Source: Eledone cirrhosa (taxonomy: Eukaryota). Taken from it: a DNA stretch of 64,000 bases. Both the position numbers and the translations under genes were made by a program. Positions 1-11,211 of this stretch are shown piece by piece (within the stretch, counting starts at the first letter, position 1; each line of letters begins with the position of its first letter). Below the pieces are notes generated by a model. The model made no database searches and had not been told where the DNA came from. It worked only from the letters and a program-made list of their open reading frames with translations. The stretch covers positions 77,562,001 through 77,626,000 of the forward strand of contig OZ024740.1 in the NCBI GenBank assembly GCA_964016885.1, in the 5' to 3' direction.

Positions 1-533
1 GTTCCTATTCAATAGACTTCGTTTCTTAATTATATATATGACATGCCATGTGTCATTTAGTTTAATATTTATAGATTTTCGATATAAAATTTGAAATTTT
101 GTAATTCATTAAGTGCTTGCTTAATGCCTTCGGTATATGTGTAGATTATTAAGTCAGGATCAATTAAATATAAATGAATATGTATAAATGCATAAACAAA
201 AAAAAATGCAAGAAAAAGTAAAAAACGGCTTTCAGCAGCTTCCGCCGACCAAATTGCTCTCGTAAATTATTGCTAAACCCAAGGAAAGTAGAAGACACAC
301 GAGTTTGAAAATAGAACCACGTGGTTTCAAAGCGTACCACTTACCCACGCAGTGATGCTTGTATTATTTGGAATATAGATAAATTAATTGATAAACATAG
401 ACGCAGGCATGACTTGTGTGCTTTCTGATTTCCCAATACTCCCTTGGGTAAGTGCCTCACTCTGACCAATGCAGCGTGAGTAAAATTTGGAAGACGGAAA
501 TGGCAGATGCTCGTTGTATGTATATGTATGATG

Positions 534-589
<56 letters not shown>

Positions 590-591
<2 letters not shown>

Positions 592-706
592 TTTATCCCG
601 GGTTCAATCAGGGGTAACCACAGTATGTAAGGTACTCAATACAAAGCAGAGTATAAATATTTAATATAGAAAAGACTTCTACAGGAATAGAACTGTTTCA
701 TTCCGG
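590..706 (-). mobile_element. PLE pLTR remnant with 3' half of a hammerhead, abutting (TA)n
   Basis: Minus strand reads GAAA-CAG-ttctattc-CTG-TA-gaag (stem III plus GUA site). The CUGANGA half is missing. A TTGAGTACC motif follows, then (TA)n at 539-588. Confidence 0.45.
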
Positions 707-1174
707 AGAAACGTAAACGTAACGTCTACCCACCATATATATATATGGAGGGAGTGGTATGCGTTTACATCTGTATCAGTCTTTATGTCGCGTAATCTAG
801 CAGTCCGACAAAAACAGGATCGACAAAATAAACACAAGGCTTAAAAAGAAACTTAAATCTCTTTAAGGCATGGTCGCAGTCTAATGACTAAAAGCAAGAA
901 AGGAATAAAATAAATAAAATCGTCGTAATTCACTGCGGCTTCATTTGACTAAAACGATTGTTTGTATCTCTCACGCTGTGATTTTACAAATGTAGTACTA
1001 AAGGAAACCTTTATTTGAGAATAATAAAAGAAGTGATGAAAAAATGAAAACTTCAATGTTAACAACGCTGCATATATACCCACATATGATTACATAAATA
1101 CATACATATATGCATATGTACATACATACATGCATCCATACGTTCGTATATACATGCATACATACATACATACT

Positions 1175-1975
1175 AACATCGGGGATATCACCCATGTCAT
1201 CAGCAGCTGCCCAAAGATGTAATCGCGGTACTATCTACCTATGAGGCATGATGTAATGGCCAAAACACTGTACAATGCAGTTCGTAAAAAAGATAGCCCC
1301 GGTAATAAGCACATTAAAAGCTACAGTAATGTGGAAGACATCCATGTACATAATATGAAAGAGTACTGGTGGAATGTTCTAGTAAAAACCACAATAAAAT
1401 GCAGGCATAACAGACCAGATATTATGATATGGGACAGGGAGAAGAAAACATGCACAGTAGTGGAAATTAGCTGCCCAGCAGATGCCAATACAATATCAAA
1501 TATTAGCGAAAAGAAGAATATTTATGCAGAACTGATGAGAAATCTGCAGATACTCCACCCTGATTACACCTTCAGATTTATGCCTGTGATTATTGGGACA
1601 CTGGGGTATGTTAGTAACTGCCTCAATACAAATCTTGAGAAGCTAGGCTTCACAGGAACAGAAAGAACACAACTAGTTAGGAAATTACAAGTACAATCCA
1701 TTAATGGAACAGTAAAAATATGTAAAACACTCCAAAAATGTTGCATCTAATAACTGCATATACACATGTACAGATACAAAGCATATACATATGCACACAT
1801 ACAACTCAAAACATACACATCCACACATACAATAACACCCATATCTACACATGCATGCATACATATCTACCTAGTTGATGTTGTGTAAATTCCAATGAGA
1901 GAGTCTGGTGTCTATGTTAGAAACCGACTCTCTCTATTGGGAAAAAAATTTGTGAAATTATAAAACCAGAAGAAC
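1175..1975 (+). mobile_element. 5'-truncated non-LTR retrotransposon 3' end with restriction-like endonuclease (R4/Dong-like)
   Basis: Reads GDITHVISSCPKM*..RHD (CCHC finger remnant), then ORF 1241-1750 with RHNRPDIMIWD..VVEISCP..K..Y..PVIIGTLG (PD-(D/E)xK REL domain). The 3' UTR follows. Both flanks are TACA-based arrays. Confidence 0.85.
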
Positions 1976-1979
1976 ATTC

Positions 1980-2525
1980 ATACTTGCATACACGCATCTA
2001 TACGTTCGTATATCCATACATACGTGCATACATACATACATACATACATACATACATACATACATACATACATACATACATACATGCATACACACATACA
2101 CACATACATACATACATACATGCATACACACATACATACACACATACATACACGCATCTATACGCTCGTATATTCATACATACATACCTGCATACATACA
2201 TACATACATACATACATACATACATACATACATACACACATACACACATACATACATACATGTATACACACATACATACACACATACATACACGCATCTA
2301 TACGCTCGTATATTCATACATACATACCTGCATACATACATTCATACTTGCATACATACATCTATACGTCCGTATATTCATACATACATACATGCATACA
2401 TACATACATGCATGCATGCATGCATGCATACATACATACATACATACATACATACATACATACATACATACATACATACATACATACATACATACATACA
2501 TACATACATACATACATACATACAT
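1980..2525 (+). repeat. (TACA)n microsatellite with interspersed CATCTATACGYTCGTATATYCATAC-type variant units
   Basis: Direct reading. The variant unit recurs near 1995, 2155, 2295 and 2360, and upstream near 1135. Confidence 0.95.
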
Positions 2526-2709
2526 GATCTTCAAAAGTAGCTTGATAAAACACTTGATTGTTAAGTGGACAGCGTTGATGTCATGAAAGTCATTCAAAGT
2601 CTATTTCTGAAACACCTTAAAATACTGTACATAAGTGACCAGTCCAGGGTGGGTATTGGTCAGTTTATATAGTTCAGCTCACTCCTCTTAGCTCTCCTTT
2701 CACCCTCCA

Positions 2710-2880
2710 CCTTACCATTAAGCCACCAACGCGTCCGCCACCAACTGGTCAACATCATCACTACGTAACCCCAACAGCTGGCCAGGTCAATTGTGTCTCG
2801 CTTTTCCCCCCAGTTCTCAATATTTTTATGACGTCAGTGCTTACATCAGAAGTGTTTTCTAAGTGCAAAAAAATGGCGAA
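2710..2880. promoter_or_regulatory. Candidate promoter-like island (CRE palindrome, YY1-like motif, possible minus-strand ATG|GTAAGG donor)
   Basis: TGACGTCA at 2829-2836 and AAAATGGCG near 2870. Locally CpG-richer and non-repetitive. Minus strand reads GGCTTAATG|GTAAGG near 2717. Confidence 0.25.
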
Positions 2881-2976
2881 TCTTTTGTAGAGTTTGTTTA
2901 TCTAGCTTTTTGTTCTTTCCTTTAACCTTTTCTTTCTTATGTTTTTATTAGTTTTATGTCTTTTGTTTTTTTAGCT

Positions 2977-3060
2977 GTTGTTGTTGTTGGTGGTGGTGGT
3001 AGTGGTGGTGGTGGTGGTGGTGGTGGTGGTGGTGGTGGTGGTGGTGGCTGTGGTTGTGGG
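2977..3060 (+). repeat. (TGG/TTG)n trinucleotide repeat
   Basis: Direct reading. Confidence 0.9.
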
Positions 3061-4801
3061 GATATTTTTCTTTGTTAGGTTTCTTGAGATGTCCAACATA
3101 TTACAAACGAGGAGTGTTGGTGGATGTTGGTGGATAATTATTTTTCTTTCACTGTTTAGTTTGTGAAAGACAAGCTGTGCCCACTATCTTTTTCAGGGCC
3201 TCTCAGACTGCGAGGAGAAAATTATTCTCAAATCGAAGTCTTGCAACAGAGTGAAATTCCTGCAAGTTAAACCGGGCACGCTATTAAGTCTACCACCAAA
3301 TTAGACTAGAACGGATATGAACTCAGAACGCAAAGAACCGGAACAACTACTAGAATGCACCACCTCCGATGTTCTAAACATATCGCAAATACACTGCCCA
3401 AACCTGTGCCTAAATTTATTGACCAGGAAATGATAAATGACAAAGTTTATATCGGCGAAAGTTGAACCTAGAGTGCAGAAAGTCAGAACAAGTACCGCTT
3501 ATGACAATTCATGGTGGTGGTGTTGGAGGATATGCTAGATTATAATTTGTGTTTTAGGAATGATGGAGAATTAGTCGGATAGTCAGTTTATTCTTTATTG
3601 TTGTCTAAGAAAAAATGTCATATTTCTAGATGTGTTCTTAGCCACAAAATGTATTCAAACTAGTAATCTTTATTTCTTAATTGGTGGAAGCAGAGTTCTT
3701 ATCCACCAGGGCTCACACCTATATAGTGTCAGTGGTCTGTAAATATACACTCTATATAATTTATAAAAATTATAGTTTCATTAATCTCAGGCATATATTT
3801 CAATATCTATCTAGAATGGTTGTCGTTCTTGTTGTTTACCTCGGGTCAGCACAACAGCCTTGAATTTGTCAATTATTTAAATACAGACACTGTAAGGATT
3901 ACACTAGCCAATGTATCATTTGAAAAAATAAGTAAGGTGTTATTTGAGGAAGGATAACCTGCTATTTCATCTAGTAGGGCAAGCATTTGCATAGAAGCTT
4001 CCTTGTTGGCGGGTAATGTTTATTTTATATTTGTAACAGTTTGTTCAAGATATGGGAGCAATACTACGGGGCTGCTTATTCGTCGGGCAGTTACCCGCTT
4101 ATATCGCAACTAACCATTATATCTGGTGGCCGTATCGCTATCCTCTTCCTGCGAACCATTCTCAATCAGAACAGCTCTGCCGAGAAATCGTATTCTTCAA
4201 CTAATAAACATTCCCTATTATATTTTCCCGATAAGAAAATACGTTATGTATTTCTGTCTAATTAAATCAAGTTTAGGCTTTGTTTTTGTGACGTGAGATC
4301 TCAATAAAATTGCCATTCTCACTTTGAAGAGATATGCCACATTTTGAAGTGATAAATGCTCATTATGAAATCGTTATGTGTTTATTTGAAATTGTTATTC
4401 TCACTTTAAAGTTGTAGGTACTCCCTGAGAATTACGAATAATGTATATGGGATTCTAAAGCCATACGTCAAAGCACGACACATTCTACCAAGTCATTCTT
4501 GATTAAACATAAGGGCCGTCTATTTTTTTAAGTTTTAACGAGTAATTTACTCGTGTCAATCATTTTAAAAGGTAAAGAGCAGTTCTTAGTATATTAATTC
4601 AGGACAATATTATTATGTATGTAGAAGCAAATCTGTTTGTGGATAGGCATACTTAAGATGGCATCGAAAATTACTTACGAAAAGCTAAGCAGACGACACG
4701 CGCTCACTGATGAATGATGTGTGAGAAGGATTTAATGGCGTTAATAGAGGTAATCTAAATAGTGATCGGTGAAGATTTCAACGAAATTGAGCCGAAATGA
4801 A

Positions 4802-4900
4802 ACACTTACTCATGGTCAGGACCTCTACACAACAGTTAGTGACCCAGGATCAAATATTGTCAGTACGTTTACAAACCGGAAACGTCACTCTTTCTCTGCA
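4802..4900 (-). promoter_or_regulatory. Candidate first exon ending ACCATGA|GTAAGT with upstream ETS-like and CRE half-site motifs
   Basis: Minus strand reads ...GTGACGTTTCCGGTT...GTCCTGACCATGA|GTAAGTGT. This gives a perfect donor consensus and a Kozak-like ATG. No downstream coding exon was identified. Confidence 0.3.
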
Positions 4901-4964
4901 ACTGACACCGAATTTACTTCTCAACATTTCTTTCGCGGGATTCAGAGGTGGGAAGGCTTGACTG

Positions 4965-5290
<326 letters not shown>

Positions 5291-5561
5291 CTATAAAGTG
5301 TGTGTGAAATGTATGAGGCCTAAATAGTAAAAGAAAGCGGGAAAACGAGCCAGAGATGGAGATCGTGATATGAAATAAGAATGACAAACCGATAATTGAT
5401 GTGACAGTGGGATACATTGATATAGGGACATACAACAAGATGTGAATATTTATGAAGAAACTATAAGATTCGCAGACAAACAAAGATATGGATGGGTATG
5501 GATGGATGGATGGAATAAAAAGGATGGACGGATGAATAGAGTGATGGGTAGATAGATATAT

Positions 5562-6655
5562 TTCTTTATTTGCCACAAGGGCGCACAAGAAAAGGGGACA
5601 ATTCAAAGACACATGCCGGGGATTTTACATACAGTCGTGTAAATATAAAACAAACAAAATATAAAACAAACAATTATAACAATCGAAATCCCCAATAGGG
5701 GGGAGACGCCACAAATGGGTTGTTTAATACCCCAACTTCAGTGGCGTGTTGTGCAAGTGCTTCCTTCTTCCTTTTGCTCTCTTCTTTAACCTACAGGCTT
5801 ATAAACAAAGAAGGCCCAATCACTCGAGCCATTTTCGCTTCATTCACCCACCTTTCAGTAAATTTACTGGGGTGCAGTGCCTCTCTCTCCACTCTGATCC
5901 TTCTTCTAAAGTGATACTTAAAGAAGGGATTCAATTGTTGTCCGGAAAGAAAGGCATCTGTCCTCAGTCCTCTCAATCTCGTCCACCATATAACCTCTTT
6001 CACCATAGCCACTGTACAGAGGAAAACCGCCTCTCTTTCGTTTTTGAAAGAGGCTGGCGGTTTGATCCTTACTATGGACTCGGCAGTCAACTGAATTTGT
6101 CCCATACGCAATAGCCGTTGTTCTGCATAGTTCCACAGGTCGGTTACGCCCGTGCAGTGTACAATTGCGTGCAGGACAGTTTCAATGTCCTGCATGCATC
6201 TTAGACACGTCCTCTTGGAAGGATCCCTGCCGGGGCGTCCGTGCCTGTAGATCTTAGCTCGAACGGGTAGAGCTCCTCGGTAGCACTGCCAGGCCAGGGA
6301 CCTCTGGAAGTTGTCGATAGGTCCCGGGCGGAAGGTCCTACCGAACAGACTGGTGAGCTCGTCGTCTTCGACGCCTAGAGTCTCCCCGAGCACGTCGTCG
6401 CACTTGTAAAGTACTAACCCTCTATAGAATGTCGAAGTGGAATCTCCACTGATTGCTGTGCCCGCTTGACAGAGGACTGAGCGCCTGGGCGCATTCAATG
6501 TGCCAGGCGCCTATCTTCTTCGGTCTTCGCTTGACTCAGGACTGCAGCTCCGTCAGCGAGACAAGTTGTGGGAAGGCCTGTCTTACAAACGGTGCCCACA
6601 CCGGTTGGTCGGTGAGGAATACCTGAAGATGCCGTAGTCTCAGCGCATGTCTTCA
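5562..6655 (-). mobile_element. 5'-truncated L1/Tx1-like LINE 3' end (zf-RVT C-terminus plus 3' UTR)
   Basis: ORF 5791-6498 contains WQCYRGALPVR..CLRC..ETVLHAIVHC (CCHC, zf-RVT). The upstream frame RHALRLRHLQ.. is disrupted. The 3' end has AATAAA followed by a (TATC)/(TCCA)n tract. Confidence 0.85.
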
Positions 6656-6670
6656 AAACGGGTCCCCGCC

Positions 6671-7331
6671 GTCGTACTCGAAGATCCATGACTCATCACC
6701 GGTGATGACTGTCCCTAGCAAGTCTGGTTCGGTTTCAAGACGGTCGAGGATGTCCTGGCACACTTGCATGCGTCGACCCTTCTGGTCATCGTTCAGCAGT
6801 TTTGGCACCATCTTCGCACAGACTTTCTGCATGGGCAAATCTTCAGTGAGAATCTTCCAGACGCTGTCCCGATTCATGCCCAGCTCATTTGCCATCAGTC
6901 GAACAGTCAGCCGACGATCGCTACGCACCATCTGCCTGACGCGCTCAACGTTGACCTCAGTCCTGGTTGTTGAGGGCCTTCCGCTCCTGGGGTCATCTTC
7001 CAGGTCCTCGCGTTCTTCTTTAAACCTCTTGCACCACTCAAAAACACGTGAGCGTGACATCGTCTCATCTCCATACACTTGCTGCAGCAATCCCAGTGCT
7101 TCTGGCGGAGTTTTCAAGTTTGTTCGTTGCTCTGTGCTCATTGTTTGACGACCTGAAACAGAGGAGATGTATATAAACTTATGAAGAAAAAATTTTGATC
7201 GCTGCAGAGAGCTAAGATTACAGTTACATACTCCAGGGAGATTACTTTGAAGGAGAAAACTCTTAGTGTGAAGTTTGGGTTTGAAATAAATCTTTTGTGA
7301 CATCAGTCCTGGAACTTTTCTGACACACCTC
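6671..7331 (-). mobile_element. 5' half of a mariner transposon (left TIR, HTH, first catalytic Asp)
   Basis: From ATG 7141: MSTEQR..VFEWCKRFK..EDDPRSGRP..KVCAKMVPKLL..ITGDESWIFEYD. TIR-like TA|GAGGTGTGTCAGAAAAGTTCCAGGACTG at 7304-7333. Sequence breaks off after FEYD. Confidence 0.92.
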
Positions 7332-7762
7332 TAGAAATTTCGTATTTCTAAAGCAACATGGTTTTAGGAAGCCGTAACTATGCAAACACCGGGGCTAACG
7401 CCCTCTGGTGGTATCCAGCAGAAGCAAGGGGGACAACTGTCTATGTATTTCAGGCTTGACTGGCCTTCATCAAGCGATCCCTCCCACTGCTTGCAACTGC
7501 CGGACTTGAAACAGACGAGAAAATATACGTTAATTAATTTCATTTGTATATGAAGCACCATAAGTTGGCTCAACTGACGAAGGCCAGTCAAGCCTGAAAT
7601 GCATAGACAGTTGTCCCCCTTGCTTCTGCTGGACAGCACCAGCGGGCGTTAACCCCGGTGTTTGCATAGCTACGGATTCCTCAAACCGTGTTTCTTTAGA
7701 AATAAGAAATTTCTATACATATTTGTATAAAGCCATGCTTGAAGCGAAATCCTATTCCTTTT
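7332..7762 (+). mobile_element. ORF-less PLE-type cassette: inverted repeats (7332-7472 / 7575-7715) with hammerhead core
   Basis: Arms of ~140 bp are reverse complements with scattered mismatches. CTGACGA-AGGC..GCCT-GAAA-TGCAT-A at 7574-7605, stem I apparently lost. The + arm has a ~45-nt extension into (TA)n. Confidence 0.7.
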
Positions 7763-7786
7763 ATATATATATATATATATATATAT

Positions 7787-8475
7787 AGTGGTAGAACACT
7801 GGAAGGTAATATCCGTAGTGAGCACTCAGTCCATGGGACGAGTTAGGTAGAAGTGGTTACACAACAGTTAGTTCATTCTAGTTGATAAGAAAATTATGAT
7901 GTTGTTGTAATTCAATCCGGAGCTTTGTAGTTATGTATGAGGTGTTTCCAGACGTGTGGACAACGTGTGAAGAATTCATTTCTCGTGTTTAGGCAATCAC
8001 TATTGCATAATCTCTTTAGAATATTTATTCGTTCATTAATACATAGTCCACACGACGGATTTCCCCTTGTGTATGACTTGGACTTAGTGATGGCTTTCCA
8101 TTGAATGGAGTAGTCTATACTTGAGTCCTTGAGGGACCATGCGTGGCTCACAAGTTTCTTGGATGAACGTCTGTCCGGGTACCTAAAGGTCGACTGGTGG
8201 TTCAGGAAACGTTCCTTAAATCGGCCCTCCGCCATACCCACATAGGATGTGACCTCCTGTGGTTGATTTGGTCGGTTGGAAGTGACCACAGCTTCATAAA
8301 TTACAGTGGGTGTGTTGCATTGCTGTTGAAGAGGACAAGCTTCGGGCAAACGGCAAGAGCACCCTGGTGGGGTGTTGCTCCTAGGCCTGGTGGTGTGTTG
8401 GCCTTCATGTTCTTAGCGCAGGAGTATCATAGTTTAACTTTGTGTCAGTTAAAGATGTAGCGGTATTTATGACCT
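7787..8475 (-). mobile_element. Truncated Naiad-like PLE (linker plus GIY-YIG endonuclease) between (TA)n tracts
   Basis: GHKYRYIFN*HKVKL*YSC..CSCRLPEACPLQQQC..VIYEA..YVGMAEGRFKERFLNHQSTF..W.LK..CGLCINE..LNTRNEFFTRCPH (ORF 7912-8349). Confidence 0.9.
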
Positions 8476-8489
8476 ATATACATAGATCT

Positions 8490-8522
<33 letters not shown>

Positions 8523-8571
8523 GATAAATTAACGGAGGCATAGGCCCTCGCTATTCCCTATATATATATAT

Positions 8572-9450
8572 ATACTATAAAATATGTCCATAGAATCATT
8601 TGATAAGATATATACACCATTTCCTCTCCCAATCAGCATAATCAACCACACAAAAAAACAATTAAACCAGGCTATAAGATTAAAAGGCACCTATGAAGAA
8701 ATAATAGATAAATAAACGACAACCATCTATTCGCGATCAACAGCTATAGAATATTTACCCACCATTTCAATAGCACGTGGAAATCAATTAAATATATCGT
8801 CAACCATACAAAATTAGGTTTAAAATTAAAGTTAGAAGAAAAAAATGTATATAAACATACCAGGATTACGTTTCTACCCCTTGGGGTTTCATTCGCTTTT
8901 GGAAATATCCGATCAAGGATAAATTCTCGACCTTCGAAATCATCAAGAAACAAACTCACTTGGACGAAGATTTTTCTTAAATGATCCCCGCAGAAACGAG
9001 TTCAAAATGGCTAAGAACTGTGACGCGGCATTGGTCAAGTCAGAAAGAATGTGATTGGTGGCTTACGGCGAGTGGGCTGGCTGCTAGAAAACGCAACCTA
9101 ATATTGCCTAAATTGCATCTCAACCTTATGGGAGATTATCAAATATAAAGATTTACATATACACAGACTAGACAAAGTCATAGATATATATAGATATGTT
9201 TTTGGCAATCATTCACGATGTGGCTCAATGATGAATTAATTAATTAAATAATCAGAGCAACATACTATAAAATATGTCCATAGAATCATTTGATAAGATA
9301 TATACACCATTTCCTCTCCCAATCAGCATAATGAACCACACAAAAAACCAATTAAACCAGGCTATAAGATTAAAAGGCACCTATGAAGAAATAAATGACA
9401 AATAAACGACAGCCATCTGTTCGCGATCAACAGCTATAGAATATTTACCC
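8572..9450. repeat. ~190-bp direct repeat (8572-8761 and 9262-9450) enclosing ~500 bp, with (TA)n at both outer ends
   Basis: ATACTATAAAATATGTCCATAG...GAATATTTACCC occurs twice with few mismatches. Confidence 0.9.
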
Positions 9451-9465
9451 AGATATATATATATA

Positions 9466-10630
9466 TGAAAAATGGCGTGCTGCGTGGTTGCAAATGGGTT
9501 ACATATGAATAAATTAGTCCTTCATCAGTGATCTTCCAACCTTCATTGGTATTTCTTCGCTTTAAAGATCATATACCTCTGGTTGATGCGAGCAATAACT
9601 GAAGAAAGTTATTGGGACACATAAAATAGGGTGAAGCGAGCGAGACATGTAAACAAACATAGATGGTAATGCAACGGAAAGAGAGGAAGAGAAGAAATAA
9701 GTCCGTGATATCTATGAACTTAAGTTCTGTGAAATCATAGACGAGAAATAAAGACCATCCGACCTGAGTGAGATGTGAGCGAGAAAAGGATTTCACGCAG
9801 GTCAAACGGGAGGAAGTGAGAGAGGGGGAGTAGCAGAGAGTGAGTGAGTGAAAGTGTGAGGAAGAGGCCAGCTGAGAGAGAGTGACTGGCTACACCTCTG
9901 GTTGGTGCGAGCAATAACTAAAAAAAGGTTATTGGGACACGTAAATGAGGGTGAAGCGAGCGAGACATGTAAACAAACATAGATGGTAATGCAACGGAAA
10001 GAGAGGAAGAGAAGAAACAAGTCCGTCATATCTATGAACTTAAGTTCTGTGAAATCATAGACGAGAGATAAAGACCATCCGACCTGGGTGAGATGTGAGC
10101 GAGAAAAGGATTTCACACAGGTCAAACGGGAGGAAGTGAGAGAGTGGGAGTAGCAGAGAGTGAGTGAGTGAAAGTGTGAGGAAGAGGCCAGCTGAGAGAG
10201 AGACTGGCAGAGGTGGTAAAAAGAGGGTGAGAGATACAGAGAAAGGGGAAGCAGTAAGAAAGAAACAGACAGGTCACAGCGGAGGAAAAAATATAAATAT
10301 ATGAAAAATGGCGTGCTGCGTGGTTGCAAATGGGTTACATATGAATAAAATTAGTCCTTCATCAGTGATCTTCCAACCTTCATTGGTATTTTTTCGCTTT
10401 AAAGATCATATACCTCTGGTTGGTGCGAGCAAAAACTACAGAAAGTTATTGGGAAACGTAAAATAAGGTGAAGCGAGCGAGACATGTAAACAAACATAGA
10501 TGGTAATGCAACGGAGAGAGGGGAAGAGAAGAGACAAGTCCGTGATATCTATGAACTTAAGTTCTGTGAAATCATAGACGAGAGATAAAGACCATCCGAC
10601 CTGGGTGAGATGTGAGCGAGAAAATGATTT
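9466..10630 (-). mobile_element. Non-coding tandemly repeated element in (TA)n, period ~836 bp, with an internal ~320-bp duplication; probable PLE-derived non-autonomous element
   Basis: GAAAAATGGCGTGCTGCGTGGTTGC head at 9467 and 10303. ACCTCTGGTTG..GCGAGC block at ~9575, ~9894 and ~10412. Minus strand carries CTGATGAAGGAC. Homologous to 35367-36003. Confidence 0.6.
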
Positions 10631-10798
10631 TATTTATATATATATATAAATTTTGAGTATATGTTGGTTGTATACCAACACCTCAGTATGCAGTTTGGAG
10701 CACTCGACGAAGTGCGCAGGTTGGTTGGTTTACTCAGGAGTAATGTAAAATAAAATAAAATAAATAAGTCAAATGTTTAAAATTTGGCTTCGTTTATT

Positions 10799-10853
10799 AC
10801 TGCTATATATATTTCGGTGACAGCCATCTTTGGCTGTTACCTCTTCAGGCAGT
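10799..10853 (-). ncRNA. Type I hammerhead ribozyme
   Basis: Mirror copy of 11067-11121. Confidence 0.85.
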
Positions 10854-11066
10854 CCGAATTAGTGTGATAGAGAGGATTACACATGTTGTTGAGGTGTATA
10901 ACTTTGTCAATACTCTGATATGCCCAGTTCCTGGTTGGGTTGTTATTTCACTGAGGAACAGTTCCTCAGTGAAATAACAACCCAACCAGGAACTGGGCAT
11001 ATCAGAGTTTTGACAAAGTTATACACCTCAACAACATGTGTACTCGTCTCTACCACACTAATTCGG

Positions 11067-11121
11067 ACTGCCTGAAGAGGTCACAGCCAAAGATGGCTGT
11101 CACCGAAATATATATAGCAGT
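11067..11121 (+). ncRNA. Type I hammerhead ribozyme
   Basis: ACTGC-CTGAAGA-GGT.ACAGCC aaagat GGCTGT.ACC-GAAA-TATATAT-A-GCAGT. Stem I ACTGC/GCAGT, palindromic stem III, AUA site. Confidence 0.88.
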
Positions 11122-11167
11122 AATAAACGAAGCCAAATTTTAAACATTTGACTTATTTATTTTATTT

Positions 11168-11206
<39 letters not shown>

Positions 11207-11211
<5 letters not shown>

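Larger units (their letters stand above)
10648..11174 (-). mobile_element. ORF-less palindromic pLTR cassette (arms 10746-10959 / 10961-11174, 1-nt loop) plus ~100-nt extension, flanked by (TA)n
   Basis: Centre reads ACTGAGGAAC-A-GTTCCTCAGT. Arms are near-identical, each with a full hammerhead. Confidence 0.9.

Noticed and set aside
8400-8475. In-frame TGA codons in the Naiad-like fragment as possible selenocysteine (some Naiads encode selenoproteins)
   Set aside because: They fall at Arg and Ser/Thr positions of the FNRH..KL(S/T)YS motif rather than Cys positions, consistent with point mutation. The near-intact element at 12840-15043 has no in-frame TGA.
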